From a virus (taxonomy: Duplodnaviria > Heunggongvirae > Uroviricota > Caudoviricetes), in the IMG/VR virus record IMGVR_UViG_2563366806_000008, positions 1 to 34,125 of that record: DNA of 34,125 bases, one strand, 5' to 3'. Each line of letters starts with the position of its first letter. Positions within the stretch are counted from its first letter, which is position 1. Position numbers and translations under genes: made by a program. The notes under the pieces are model-generated. The model saw only the letters and a program-made list of their open reading frames with translations. It did no database searches and was not told the DNA's origin. Below are positions 1 through 8,524 of the stretch, one piece after another.

Positions 1-1362
1 ATGTTTAAACCGGAACTCCTTTCCCCGGCGGGAACGCTGAAAAATATGCGTTACGCTTTCGCTTATGGCGCAGATGCTGTTTATGCGGGCCAGCCGCGTT
101 ACTCCCTGCGTGTGCGCAACAACGAATTCAACCACGAAAATCTTCAGCTCGGCATCAATGAAGCCCACGCGCTGGGGAAAAAGTTTTATGTCGTGGTCAA
201 CATTGCACCGCACAACGCCAAGCTGAAAACCTTTATCCGTGACCTGAAACCGGTGGTGGAAATGGGGCCGGATGCGCTGATTATGTCCGATCCAGGGCTG
301 ATTATGCTGGTGCGTGAGCACTTCCCTGAAATGCCGATCCACCTCTCGGTGCAGGCTAACGCCGTAAACTGGGCGACGGTGAAATTCTGGCAGCAAATGG
401 GCCTGACCCGCGTGATCCTCTCTCGCGAGCTGTCGCTGGAAGAGATTGAAGAGATCCGCAATCAGGTGCCGGATATGGAGATCGAGATCTTCGTTCACGG
501 CGCACTGTGCATGGCCTACTCCGGTCGCTGCCTGCTCTCTGGCTATATCAACAAGCGCGATCCGAACCAGGGTACCTGCACCAACGCCTGCCGCTGGGAG
601 TACAACGTCCAGGAAGGGAAAGAAGATGACGTTGGCAACATCGTACACAAGTACGAGCCGATTCCGGTGCAAAATGTTGAGCCGACGCTGGGTATCGGCG
701 CGCCAACCGACAAAGTGTTTATGATCGAAGAAGCCCAGCGTCCGGGCGAGTATATGACCGCGTTTGAAGATGAGCACGGCACTTACATCATGAACTCGAA
801 AGATCTGCGCGCCATCGCCCATGTAGAACGCCTGACCAAAATGGGCGTGCATTCGCTGAAAATCGAAGGCCGTACTAAATCTTTCTACTATTGCGCACGC
901 ACCGCACAGGTTTACCGTAAAGCTATCGATGACGCCGCTGCGGGCAAACCGTTCGATACCAGCCTGCTGGAAACTCTGGAAGGTCTGGCGCATCGTGGCT
1001 ATACCGAAGGTTTCCTGCGTCGTCATACTCACGACGATTATCAGAACTACGAATACGGTTATTCAGTTTCTGACCGCCAGCAGTTTGTTGGTGAGTTTAC
1101 CGGTGAGCGCAAGGGGGACCTCGCGGCGGTAGCGGTGAAAAATAAATTCTCCGTTGGCGACAGCCTTGAGCTGATGACGCCGCAAGGCAACATTAACTTT
1201 ACCCTTGAGCACATGGAAAACGCCAAAGGTGAAGCGATGCCGGTCGCACCAGGCGATGGTTATACTGTGTGGCTCCCGGTCCCGCAGGATCTTGAGCTCA
1301 ATTACGCTCTGCTGATGCGTAATTTCTCCGGGGAAACCACGCGTAACCCACACGGTAAGTGA
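1..1362 (+). CDS. yegQ: U32-family peptidase-like protein YegQ, complete 453-aa ORF (host chromosome)
   Basis: Full-length ORF in six-frame track; translation MFKPELLSPAGTL... recognised as E. coli YegQ (peptidase U32 family); lies outside the prophage direct repeat. Confidence 0.85.
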   Translation: MFKPELLSPAGTLKNMRYAFAYGADAVYAGQPRYSLRVRNNEFNHENLQLGINEAHALGKKFYVVVNIAPHNAKLKTFIRDLKPVVEMGPDALIMSDPGLIMLVREHFPEMPIHLSVQANAVNWATVKFWQQMGLTRVILSRELSLEEIEEIRNQVPDMEIEIFVHGALCMAYSGRCLLSGYINKRDPNQGTCTNACRWEYNVQEGKEDDVGNIVHKYEPIPVQNVEPTLGIGAPTDKVFMIEEAQRPGEYMTAFEDEHGTYIMNSKDLRAIAHVERLTKMGVHSLKIEGRTKSFYYCARTAQVYRKAIDDAAAGKPFDTSLLETLEGLAHRGYTEGFLRRHTHDDYQNYEYGYSVSDRQQFVGEFTGERKGDLAAVAVKNKFSVGDSLELMTPQGNINFTLEHMENAKGEAMPVAPGDGYTVWLPVPQDLELNYALLMRNFSGETTRNPHGK

Positions 1363-1396
1363 TTAATTTCGATTATTTTTCCCGGATGGAAAATTC

Positions 1397-1439
1397 TTAG
1401 AAACCGATCACATACAGCTGCATTTATTAAGGTTATCAT
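1397..1439 (+). promoter_or_regulatory. Putative cyaR promoter: CRP-like site (ttaga-N6-TCACA, 1397-1412) and -10 TATCAT (1434-1439)
   Basis: TCACA at 1408-1412 with a weak left half-site; site centre about 42 bp upstream of the inferred CyaR 5' end; CyaR is known to be CRP-activated. Confidence 0.4.
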
Positions 1440-1446
1440 CCGTTTC

Positions 1447-1533
1447 GCTGAAAAACATAACCCATAAAATGCTAGCTGTACCAGGAACCACCTCCTTAGC
1501 CTGTGTAATCTCCCTTACACGGGCTTATTTTTT
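1447..1533 (+). ncRNA. cyaR: CyaR (RyeE) Hfq-binding small RNA, about 87 nt, ending in an intrinsic terminator
   Basis: Sequence gctgaaaaacataacccataaaatgctagctgtaccaggaaccacctccttagcctgtgtaatctcccttacacgggcttatttttt matches my recollection of E. coli CyaR; stem cctgtgtaa/ttacacggg followed by T-run. Confidence 0.8.
1507..1533. repeat. Prophage attachment core, left copy (ogr-proximal junction): aatctcccttacacgggcttatttttt
   Basis: Exact 27-bp direct repeat of 33612-33638; coincides with the last 27 nt of cyaR; phage genes start immediately to the right. Confidence 0.8.
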
Positions 1534-1597
1534 ACGTACAACAAATTGAAATAAAAGGATTTATTTCTGGTTAAGTCCACACATTGACCACATCGAC

Positions 1598-1631
1598 AAA
1601 AAAAGCCCCTCGACTGAGGGGCTTTCTGTTT
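1598..1631 (-). terminator. Intrinsic terminator downstream of ogr (possibly bidirectional)
   Basis: Stem gcccctc (1605-1611) / gaggggc (1616-1622), loop gact, flanked by an A-run on + (T-run on minus) and tttctgttt on +. Confidence 0.55.
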
Positions 1632-1635
1632 GTAA

Positions 1636-1854
1636 TTACATCCACATAATTTGCTGCCCTGACGGCAACGGGTGCGGCCTCACGGCGTGGACTTCTCCCG
1701 GCTTCACGATGTATCTCTGTACCGACTCATAAGTGATGAACGTGGCGCTGCAATTCACGTTCTGGCACTGGTGATAACGCTCTTTTGTCGTGTCAGTGAT
1801 ATAGCGACTTGTACGCGCATGTGCGGCATGCTGGCATAAAGGACAATGAAACAT
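1636..1854 (-). CDS. ogr: Ogr, zinc-finger late-gene transcription activator (72 aa)
   Basis: Trimmed to internal Met giving MFHCPLCQHAAHARTSRYITDTTKERYHQCQNVNCSATF... with C-x2-C ... C-x4-C zinc finger; 72 aa as in P2 Ogr; the longer ORF (to 1917) is probably an artefact. Confidence 0.8.
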   Translation of the reverse strand: MFHCPLCQHAAHARTSRYITDTTKERYHQCQNVNCSATFITYESVQRYIVKPGEVHAVRPHPLPSGQQIMWM

Positions 1855-1935
1855 CGCGAGCACCTCTTCCGGTTTTGTTGATGGTGCCATTTTAGTTAAT
1901 TTATCCTTATAAAACAAACAGATAAAATAAAAACA

Positions 1936-3099
1936 TCACTCATCATCTTCTGTTTCGTACTCCACATCAGAAAGCCTGACCTCAAGCTCCAAGGACGTCG
2001 TGAAGCCGCTATTATTCAGAAAATGTGTCACCTTAGTGATTGTCCAGTCCTGCTCGTCTATGACGCGCTTAAAGCCTGACACTCTGACCGGTGTTTCCGT
2101 GTAAATATCTGCACGACCGGTAGCCAGGATGATGGAGAACTCCGCAACGCCCCGTTGCAGTTTGTCCCACTTCGCCTGAGCAGCACGCATGGCCTGTGCT
2201 TTCGTGGCATATACCGTAGTCAGGGCAAAAACGTTGTCAGCCTCACCGGCCATGTATTCACCTTCGCGCGCTTCCGGTACTTTTGGCGCTTTCTTCTGCG
2301 TGACCAGTTTTGCTTTCGGGTGCTCCAGTGCGCGCAGGTGTTTTTCTTTCTTTTTGCGTTTCAGTTTTACCTTCTGCTTTTGTGGTTTCGGGTCTTTGGT
2401 GTGTAACCACTTTGCCGTTACGCCGGTATAGGCTCCACGGTCAGCAATCGCAAAATGATGGCGGTCGCCGTCGCTGCGGGTTATGGTGACCTGCGGGATT
2501 TTTTTACCGCTGGCCGTCACCCCCTGCCCCGCTTTGAGAAACAACAGTTTTCCCATTTTTACCGACACCTCACCGCCGTTGCGTTCTGCAAGACGGGTCA
2601 GGAATTTCGCATCAGACTCCTGCGACTGGTCGATGTGCGGGATTTTAATTCCGGCCAGTGACGGAGCGACACTGGCTTCCAGCCTGTTACGGGAGGCTAT
2701 CGCCTCAACAATTGCACCGAGCGTTGTGTCATGCCAGGAGCCTTCCCGGCGGGAATTAAGCGTCCCGCGGAAATCTGCACTCCGGGCACGGATGGTAACC
2801 ACATCCGGCGCGCCCCGGTGTTCAACCTCATCAACGGTAAATTTCCCTTTGCATACCAGGGCAAAGCCTTTCCAGCCGATATACACCGTCAGGACAGCGC
2901 CACGAACCGGCAGCCCGACCTGCCCGTCAGCATCGTTCAGTTCAATATCAAGCTGGTCAGCTTCAAAGCCCCTGTTATCCGTCAGGGTCATACTCATCAG
3001 ACGGTCGCTGATATTGCCGGTAATATCCCTGCTGTCGAGCATCAGCATGTAATCCGGCGTCAGCGTACTGCCTGCATCAAATGTCAGCGCATCCAGCAT
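1936..3099 (-). CDS. D: Tail protein D (387 aa)
   Basis: Position between ogr and U; 387 aa, same length as P2 gpD; the K-12 remnant yegZ derives from this gene. Confidence 0.8.
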   Translation of the reverse strand: MLDALTFDAGSTLTPDYMLMLDSRDITGNISDRLMSMTLTDNRGFEADQLDIELNDADGQVGLPVRGAVLTVYIGWKGFALVCKGKFTVDEVEHRGAPDVVTIRARSADFRGTLNSRREGSWHDTTLGAIVEAIASRNRLEASVAPSLAGIKIPHIDQSQESDAKFLTRLAERNGGEVSVKMGKLLFLKAGQGVTASGKKIPQVTITRSDGDRHHFAIADRGAYTGVTAKWLHTKDPKPQKQKVKLKRKKKEKHLRALEHPKAKLVTQKKAPKVPEAREGEYMAGEADNVFALTTVYATKAQAMRAAQAKWDKLQRGVAEFSIILATGRADIYTETPVRVSGFKRVIDEQDWTITKVTHFLNNSGFTTSLELEVRLSDVEYETEDDE

Positions 3100-3578
3100 T
3101 ATCCCGCCCCCGTCATCCCCGTGAATCTGGTCGCCATACTGCCAACCTTACCGATGAGCGACTCCGCCTGTTTACCGATATCGCCATAAAGCGCGGCCAG
3201 TGATTCATCAACGCGGGTGAGCGACAGCGTAAAATCAATTTTCCGGGGTGTGCCGTCTGAAAAGAAAATACTCCCTGTTTCACTCACCCTGCTGATGACA
3301 TACATGCCGTAAATCATGCCGGTGCCATCCAGCAACGGCCACGCCCGACCTTCCTCTGCCATCAGCCTGAGCGTGGTCATCGTCAGCTTTCCGCCTGTCA
3401 GTTCGGGATAAAGCACACCGGCAAGCGTAATGTTTTCCTCACCCACACCGAGAAACTGGTAGGCATCCCGTTTACCGATACGGGAATTTGACGGCCAGCG
3501 ATAATCTGATTCACGCTGCATGGTCTGGTGTGGCAGCGTCTGGCGCATAAAAACAAACATACCTAACGCGAGCATCAT
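3099..3578 (-). CDS. U: Tail protein U (159 aa)
   Basis: Synteny T-U-D and 159-aa length as in P2 gpU. Confidence 0.75.
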   Translation of the reverse strand: MMLALGMFVFMRQTLPHQTMQRESDYRWPSNSRIGKRDAYQFLGVGEENITLAGVLYPELTGGKLTMTTLRLMAEEGRAWPLLDGTGMIYGMYVISRVSETGSIFFSDGTPRKIDFTLSLTRVDESLAALYGDIGKQAESLIGKVGSMATRFTGMTGAG

Positions 3579-3592
3579 TTTTCGTCACCTCC

Positions 3593-6040
3593 TTAACCGT
3601 CATGCATCATGCTGGCACGGGCGCGCGCACGTTTATCCCGCTCGTATTTTTCGAGTGCATCCTGTAACTGGCGGTCGAGCTGTGTCCCCTGCGCAGTACC
3701 GCCCGTCAGGTTGATGTGATATTCGTTTTTACTCTGGTCCACATAAGAGCGGCCAGCCGGTGCCGTGACCGGCTGGTAAGCCTGATAGCCTGCATAAGAG
3801 CTGGTCGCCGGAATATAACCACCGGTGCCATACGTGGCGGCATTAGTCCTTGCGGCGGTCTGGTCAAGTGTGTCTGACTCTTTGTTGATAACACCGAGTT
3901 TTTCCAGCACCCAGTCAATACCACTGCGCAGTTTGTTGAACGCATTAAGCGGCAGCATCAGTGCGTCAGCCAGTGCCTGCCCGAACATGACGCCCGTGTC
4001 ACGGCAACGGTTCAGGGTGTCCTGGGTGGCTTTAACCGGGGCAATCAGGTTTTTAAACCACTGCCACGCGGCCTGTAACTTTTCGCCCAGCCAGTCAAAC
4101 ACCGGCTTCAGTGGCGTGAACAGTTCTCCCACCGGCGCAAATGCCGCTTTCAGCCCTTCCACCACACCGCCAAAGAATGCGCTGACAGGCTCCCAGTATT
4201 TACGGATAAGCAACGCCCCGGCGACAATTGCAGCCACCACGGCCACAACCGGCCAGCTAATCGCCCCGATGGCCGTCATAACGGCACTACCAACCGTCGT
4301 GAAGATTGCACCCATTGCGCCTGCTGCCGCGATGATGGCATTGATGCCGGTGATAACCGGCCAGGCTGCAAGACCAATTGCACCGATGATGCCAATAAGC
4401 GCCAGCGCGCCACCGGCAATGAGGCCGATGGTTGACGCCAGTGATTTGTTTTTCTGGATCCAGCCGTCGAGTTTTAACACATACTTTGTGGCCGTCTGAG
4501 TGAGCTTACGCAGTGTGCCTTCCTGCTGGTCAAACAGGTCAGTCCCCACCGCCTCATAAGCGGACTGAAACTCCTTAAAGTCACCACCGAGGTTATCCTG
4601 CATGATTTTAACCAGCTCTTCCGTTTTACCGTCCGATGCTTTCAGCGTGGCGGTCAGCTTATCCAGTTTTCCGCTTGCTGCCGCTGCCAGTAAAACGTTC
4701 GCTGATTTCAGGGCTTCCTCACCAAAAATGGTTTTAAGGTATTCCCCCTTCTGAGACGTTCCCAGCTTGTGTTTATCAAAGCTGACCTGAATCTCTTTCA
4801 GAATGGTGAACAACGGACGCATATTTCCCTTTTTGTCCGAGGTTTTAACGCCAAGCTCTTTTAGTGCTTCCCATGCTTTCCCTGTCGGAGCCTGTAATCG
4901 GGTGACAACGGCACTACTACCCGTACCCGCCATTGACCCCCTGATGTTATTGTCATGCAGCACACCTGTCATGGCTGCAGCCTGTTCAAGACTTACACCT
5001 GCCGTCCTCGCAACCGGACCGAGGTAAGTCAGTGCATCACTGAGTCCCTGAAAATCAGCCGCCGACTTATTCATCGTTGCCGACAACACGTCGCCCACAT
5101 GGCTGACATCATCATTTGACAGTTGAAAGGATGCCTTAGTCCCCAGCAACAGTTGCGCGTTTTCTTCCATCGACCGCTGATTCGCCAGTGCCATATTCAG
5201 CGTTACCGGCGTTGCCGCCTGAATAGCCGCAGCATCCCCGCCGGCTTTCGCAATGATAATCTGTGCACCGGCTGCATCATCCGCCGAGGCTGCGGTATTG
5301 TCGCCGAGCTGGCGCGCCTGCTTGCGGAGTGCGGTCATTTCGGCGGAGTCTTTTGCCACACCCAGCACGGCCTGCAATTCTGAGTTTTTCTGCGCAAACT
5401 CATAACCGGGCATCAGCAGCTTAACTCCGGCCATCGTTCCCGCCGCCGCAATCCCCACACCGGCAGCGCCTACCGAGGCCATATTTCCAGCCAGTTCCTT
5501 TCCGGCCTGATAACGCTGTTTTACTGCATTAAGTTTTGCCTGTTGCGCACTGACACGCGCCAGCGCGTCGCGCTGACGGTTAAGCTGTGCGGTGGTTTCA
5601 CTGATACGGTTTTTCAGCCCTCGTTCATCATGCGCCAGATTACGGGTATTAATACCCGCCTGACTCAATTCCTGACGCTGGCGCTGTACCGACAATCTCA
5701 GGCTGTTATATTTCGCCTGTAACTCAGACGCATTTTTACGCGCGGCTTCCATTGCCTTTGCCTGTGCATTTGTCGGTCGTTCAGTATTTTTAAACTGGAC
5801 AGCCAGAGCTGCGGCTTCCTGTCTGGCTTTTTTCAGTTCCTGACCAGTCACGGCGAGCTGTGCACTGGTCTTGCGAAATCCCTCAATACGGGATGCCTGA
5901 CCGTTCAGCTCGCGCAGTGATTTTTGTGTTTCCCGGATATCCCCCGACAGCGATTTGCTCGCTGTGCGGATGGATTTAAACGGGCGGGATGCCTGGTCAA
6001 CAGCCCTGAGCAATACCTGTAATTTTACATTGTTACTCAT
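3593..6040 (-). CDS. T: Tail tape-measure protein T (815 aa)
   Basis: 815 aa; Ala/Gly-rich hydrophobic central region and coiled-coil N-terminus typical of tape-measure proteins; follows E/E'. Confidence 0.85.
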   Translation of the reverse strand: MSNNVKLQVLLRAVDQASRPFKSIRTASKSLSGDIRETQKSLRELNGQASRIEGFRKTSAQLAVTGQELKKARQEAAALAVQFKNTERPTNAQAKAMEAARKNASELQAKYNSLRLSVQRQRQELSQAGINTRNLAHDERGLKNRISETTAQLNRQRDALARVSAQQAKLNAVKQRYQAGKELAGNMASVGAAGVGIAAAGTMAGVKLLMPGYEFAQKNSELQAVLGVAKDSAEMTALRKQARQLGDNTAASADDAAGAQIIIAKAGGDAAAIQAATPVTLNMALANQRSMEENAQLLLGTKASFQLSNDDVSHVGDVLSATMNKSAADFQGLSDALTYLGPVARTAGVSLEQAAAMTGVLHDNNIRGSMAGTGSSAVVTRLQAPTGKAWEALKELGVKTSDKKGNMRPLFTILKEIQVSFDKHKLGTSQKGEYLKTIFGEEALKSANVLLAAAASGKLDKLTATLKASDGKTEELVKIMQDNLGGDFKEFQSAYEAVGTDLFDQQEGTLRKLTQTATKYVLKLDGWIQKNKSLASTIGLIAGGALALIGIIGAIGLAAWPVITGINAIIAAAGAMGAIFTTVGSAVMTAIGAISWPVVAVVAAIVAGALLIRKYWEPVSAFFGGVVEGLKAAFAPVGELFTPLKPVFDWLGEKLQAAWQWFKNLIAPVKATQDTLNRCRDTGVMFGQALADALMLPLNAFNKLRSGIDWVLEKLGVINKESDTLDQTAARTNAATYGTGGYIPATSSYAGYQAYQPVTAPAGRSYVDQSKNEYHINLTGGTAQGTQLDRQLQDALEKYERDKRARARASMMHDG

Positions 6041-6460
6041 TCGTGTTTCCGCTTCGCCGGAGCGCCTTTTCGCGCCATGTGATGAGTTCGGTCAGACTCA
6101 TGGGATACAGTTCTGATGGCGGCCAGTGAAATATCACTGCCACATCCGCCATCAGGTCATCGACCGACAGATTTTTAGGAAACGTTACTGCACCGAGTTC
6201 GGCGACAAAAAACCGACCACCTTACCGGCCAGCGCCACAAGGTCAGGCAGTTCCAACGCGGCAACTTCCTGCTCGGTCAGCATCGGTGCCGTCATGCGCG
6301 GCAGCACTTTAATCAGTGCATCGACTTCGGAGTTTGCGACCGCAGCCAGACTGACACCGCGCAGCGTCCCGGCACTGGGTTTCATCAGCGTGACCTGTTC
6401 GATAACCTGCTCACCACGTTTGACCGGATTTTCCAGGGTAATGACATTTTCTTTGTCCAT
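6033..6460 (-). CDS. E+E': Tail assembly chaperone E+E' produced by -1 programmed frameshift at TTTTTTG (mRNA positions 6212 to 6206); predicted 142 aa
   Basis: Hand translation of the -1 frame after the slip gives VAELGAVTFPKNLSVDDLMADVAVIFHWPPSELYPMSLTELITWREKALRRSGNTNE then TAA at 6035-6033; total 142 aa equals the P2 E+E' length. Confidence 0.6.
6185..6460 (-). CDS. E: Tail assembly chaperone E (91 aa, zero-frame product)
   Basis: 91 aa between FII and T; ends ...VVGFLSPNSVQ; contains the slippery TTTTTTG near its 3' end. Confidence 0.8.
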   Translation of the reverse strand: MDKENVITLENPVKRGEQVIEQVTLMKPSAGTLRGVSLAAVANSEVDALIKVLPRMTAPMLTEQEVAALELPDLVALAGKVVGFLSPNSVQ

Positions 6461-6516
6461 GGTTTTCTCACTTCTGAATCAGGGTTAACCGGTCAGCCTG
6501 GCTGACCGTATGAAAA

Positions 6517-7035
6517 TCACAGGCCGATATTACGGCGGTGTTGCTCCAGCCGGTCGACGCCGTTCACCTTCTCAATCATGTTGATGGTGTCGATTTCGAC
6601 CAGCTCCTTACCGTCCATCGTCAGCCGGAAATAGGTGCAGACCACGGAGATTTTCGACTCGGTGTCTTCTCCCTGTTTACCCTCTCCGGTGTCGATTTCT
6701 TTCTGACGTCCACGCATGACCACTTCGACGGCCACCGTTTCGCCGGTATCGTCGCGCTGGTAAGAGCCAGCAAAACGAATCGGCACGGCATCCACACCGG
6801 TTGCGGCGTAAAGCTCCCAGATAACCGAATCCGGGAAGCCCCCGAGCGACCACTCCATTGACAGCGCATCGTCATCAAGGCCGAGGTCTACCGGTGCGCT
6901 GCCGTTCATCCCCGCACCGCGATAGTTTTCGAGCTTACGGGTCAGTTTTGGCAGCGTGACGGACTTTGCGACGCCCTGATAGCTGTAGCCGTTCAGAAAG
7001 ACGTTCATTAACTTGAGTTTGCGCGGCATTGCCAT
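6517..7035 (-). CDS. FII: Tail tube protein FII (172 aa)
   Basis: Synteny FI-FII-E; 172 aa as in P2. Confidence 0.8.
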   Translation of the reverse strand: MAMPRKLKLMNVFLNGYSYQGVAKSVTLPKLTRKLENYRGAGMNGSAPVDLGLDDDALSMEWSLGGFPDSVIWELYAATGVDAVPIRFAGSYQRDDTGETVAVEVVMRGRQKEIDTGEGKQGEDTESKISVVCTYFRLTMDGKELVEIDTINMIEKVNGVDRLEQHRRNIGL

Positions 7036-7047
7036 CGGTCAGGCTCC

Positions 7048-8238
7048 TTAATTGCTGTTAACCGAGGTGACCAGATTTGCCAGGTATTTATCGGTAATAC
7101 GCTGGCGCAGGGTCAGGTTTTCGAGAGGAGGCACCGGTGTATAGTCGTAGTCGATATACAGTTTTCCGGCCTTGAGGGTTTCCGCATCGTTGGATTCTTC
7201 GCTGAACCAGCAGGTCGCATCCACGATATAGCCGTTTGTTTTCAGCTCACGGAATTTGGCATTGATGCCGTCAACGATGTCGCGAATCAGCGTTGCGGTG
7301 ATGGGCTTATCCACCGCCCACATGTGCGCCTCAGCCATCGTGTCGGCCAACACCTGCGCGGTGCGGGTGTAGTTTTCAAAGAGGAACAGCGGGTCATCAG
7401 AGCAGGTACAGTTACCCCAGAAGCGGAAACCGTCGCGGCGAATCAGCGTAGTGACACCTGACTCGTTAAGCAGGTCAGCATCAGTACCGGACTCCTGCAA
7501 ATCCCAGAATACAGATGCGCTGATGCCGGTAACACCGTTCACCCCGACGTTGGACAGCGTTTTATGCCAGCCCTGCTCCTGGTCGATTTTAGCGCGCAGA
7601 CCCAGCGCACGGGCGGTGGCATACGCGGTGGCGGTGGTACTGGCGACCGTATCCCATGCGAGGAAATCCGGCCAGATGACCATCAGCTCACGCTGGCTGA
7701 AATTCTGGCGGTAAGCTTTCACCTCGGAAATGGTTTTACAGCCCCATGCGCTGATATACCCGAAAGCGCGCAGCTTCTGACAGACTGATGCCAGTGCAAC
7801 AGCCACCTCTTTGGTATCCAGCCCCGGCACACCGAGAATACGCGGTTTAACACCGGTTACCGACTCCGCCGCCAGCAGGGCTTTCAGTCCGGTGTACTGA
7901 CCGTTTTCGTCGGTAGTGCCGATGATATTGGAAACGGTCTGCGCGAGTTTCGTTTCCTCGTCGTCGCCGGTGCCGTCTTCCACACGTACGACAACGGTGA
8001 CCGGTTTTGACTGGTCAGCGATGGCCTGTAACGACGCCGCCAGCGTGCCTTTTTTACCGGCCTTTGCAATTGCGCTCTGCACATTGGTAATCAGCACCGG
8101 TTTATTGAGTGGGAAGATTTCCGCATCCGCATCGCTGGCCGTGCAGACCATGCCAACAATGGCGGTGGATACGGTGGAAATGACGCGGGTGCCGTCGTTA
8201 ATCTCCAGCACCTGCACGCCGTGATGATAGTCACTCAT
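7048..8238 (-). CDS. FI: Contractile tail sheath protein FI (396 aa)
   Basis: 396 aa; first gene of the FI-FII-E-T-U-D operon; length as in P2. Confidence 0.85.
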   Translation of the reverse strand: MSDYHHGVQVLEINDGTRVISTVSTAIVGMVCTASDADAEIFPLNKPVLITNVQSAIAKAGKKGTLAASLQAIADQSKPVTVVVRVEDGTGDDEETKLAQTVSNIIGTTDENGQYTGLKALLAAESVTGVKPRILGVPGLDTKEVAVALASVCQKLRAFGYISAWGCKTISEVKAYRQNFSQRELMVIWPDFLAWDTVASTTATAYATARALGLRAKIDQEQGWHKTLSNVGVNGVTGISASVFWDLQESGTDADLLNESGVTTLIRRDGFRFWGNCTCSDDPLFLFENYTRTAQVLADTMAEAHMWAVDKPITATLIRDIVDGINAKFRELKTNGYIVDATCWFSEESNDAETLKAGKLYIDYDYTPVPPLENLTLRQRITDKYLANLVTSVNSN

Positions 8239-8332
8239 CCGTTTAACTCCGTGGTTAATGGGTGCAACTATTTTCTGTTGGGCAGTGCATAAGACGCTAT
8301 TTGACCTGACTGGTCAGTGGATGAAACAACAG

Positions 8333-8362
8333 ATTAAAGAAAAGGCGGGCAACTCGCCCGCC
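8333..8362 (-). terminator. Intrinsic terminator after the cargo gene, upstream of FI
   Basis: Stem ggcgggc (8344-8350) / gcccgcc (8356-8362); on the minus strand followed by ttttctttaat. Confidence 0.5.
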
Positions 8363-8524
8363 CGTCCTGATTTGTACTCACTCATTTTTCAACTGACAAT
8401 TTACATAGCCCAAAAGCTATCAAATCAGACAGTCTGCTTTGAGCCAAAAGCAGACGTTATGGTATGTCAATCAAACAAGAGGAAGTGACCTGCTCCCCGT
8501 TGTGGGTGTGAACCTCATGGGCAT

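Noticed and set aside
1363-1640. Expectation of a tRNA gene at the attachment site
   Set aside because: No cloverleaf-compatible sequence seen; the att core is instead the 3' end of the CyaR sRNA.
1636-1917. Longer N-terminal extensions of ogr (93 aa), V (234 aa), X (90 aa), L (189 aa), O (306 aa), P (600 aa) and the DUF4238 ORF (323 aa) as given in the ORF track
   Set aside because: Internal Met codons give products whose lengths match the P2 proteins as recalled and have better start contexts; the extensions run into upstream genes or promoter regions.
3825-4499. 224-aa plus-strand ORF inside the tape-measure gene T (and similar antisense ORFs at 2483-3052, 12299-13009, 12924-13541, 19423-20022, 22360-23070, 23584-24033)
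   Set aside because: All lie antisense to well-supported phage genes of P2-matching length, are Ala/Arg/Ser-rich as expected for GC-rich antisense frames, and lack convincing start contexts; treated as artefacts.
8239-8340. Search for perfect TGT-N12-ACA late-promoter dyads upstream of FI, O and P
   Set aside because: Only one-mismatch candidates found by eye (for example TGT-N12-ATA at 22160-22177 and TGG-N12-ACA at 22246-22263); too weak to annotate without a systematic scan.
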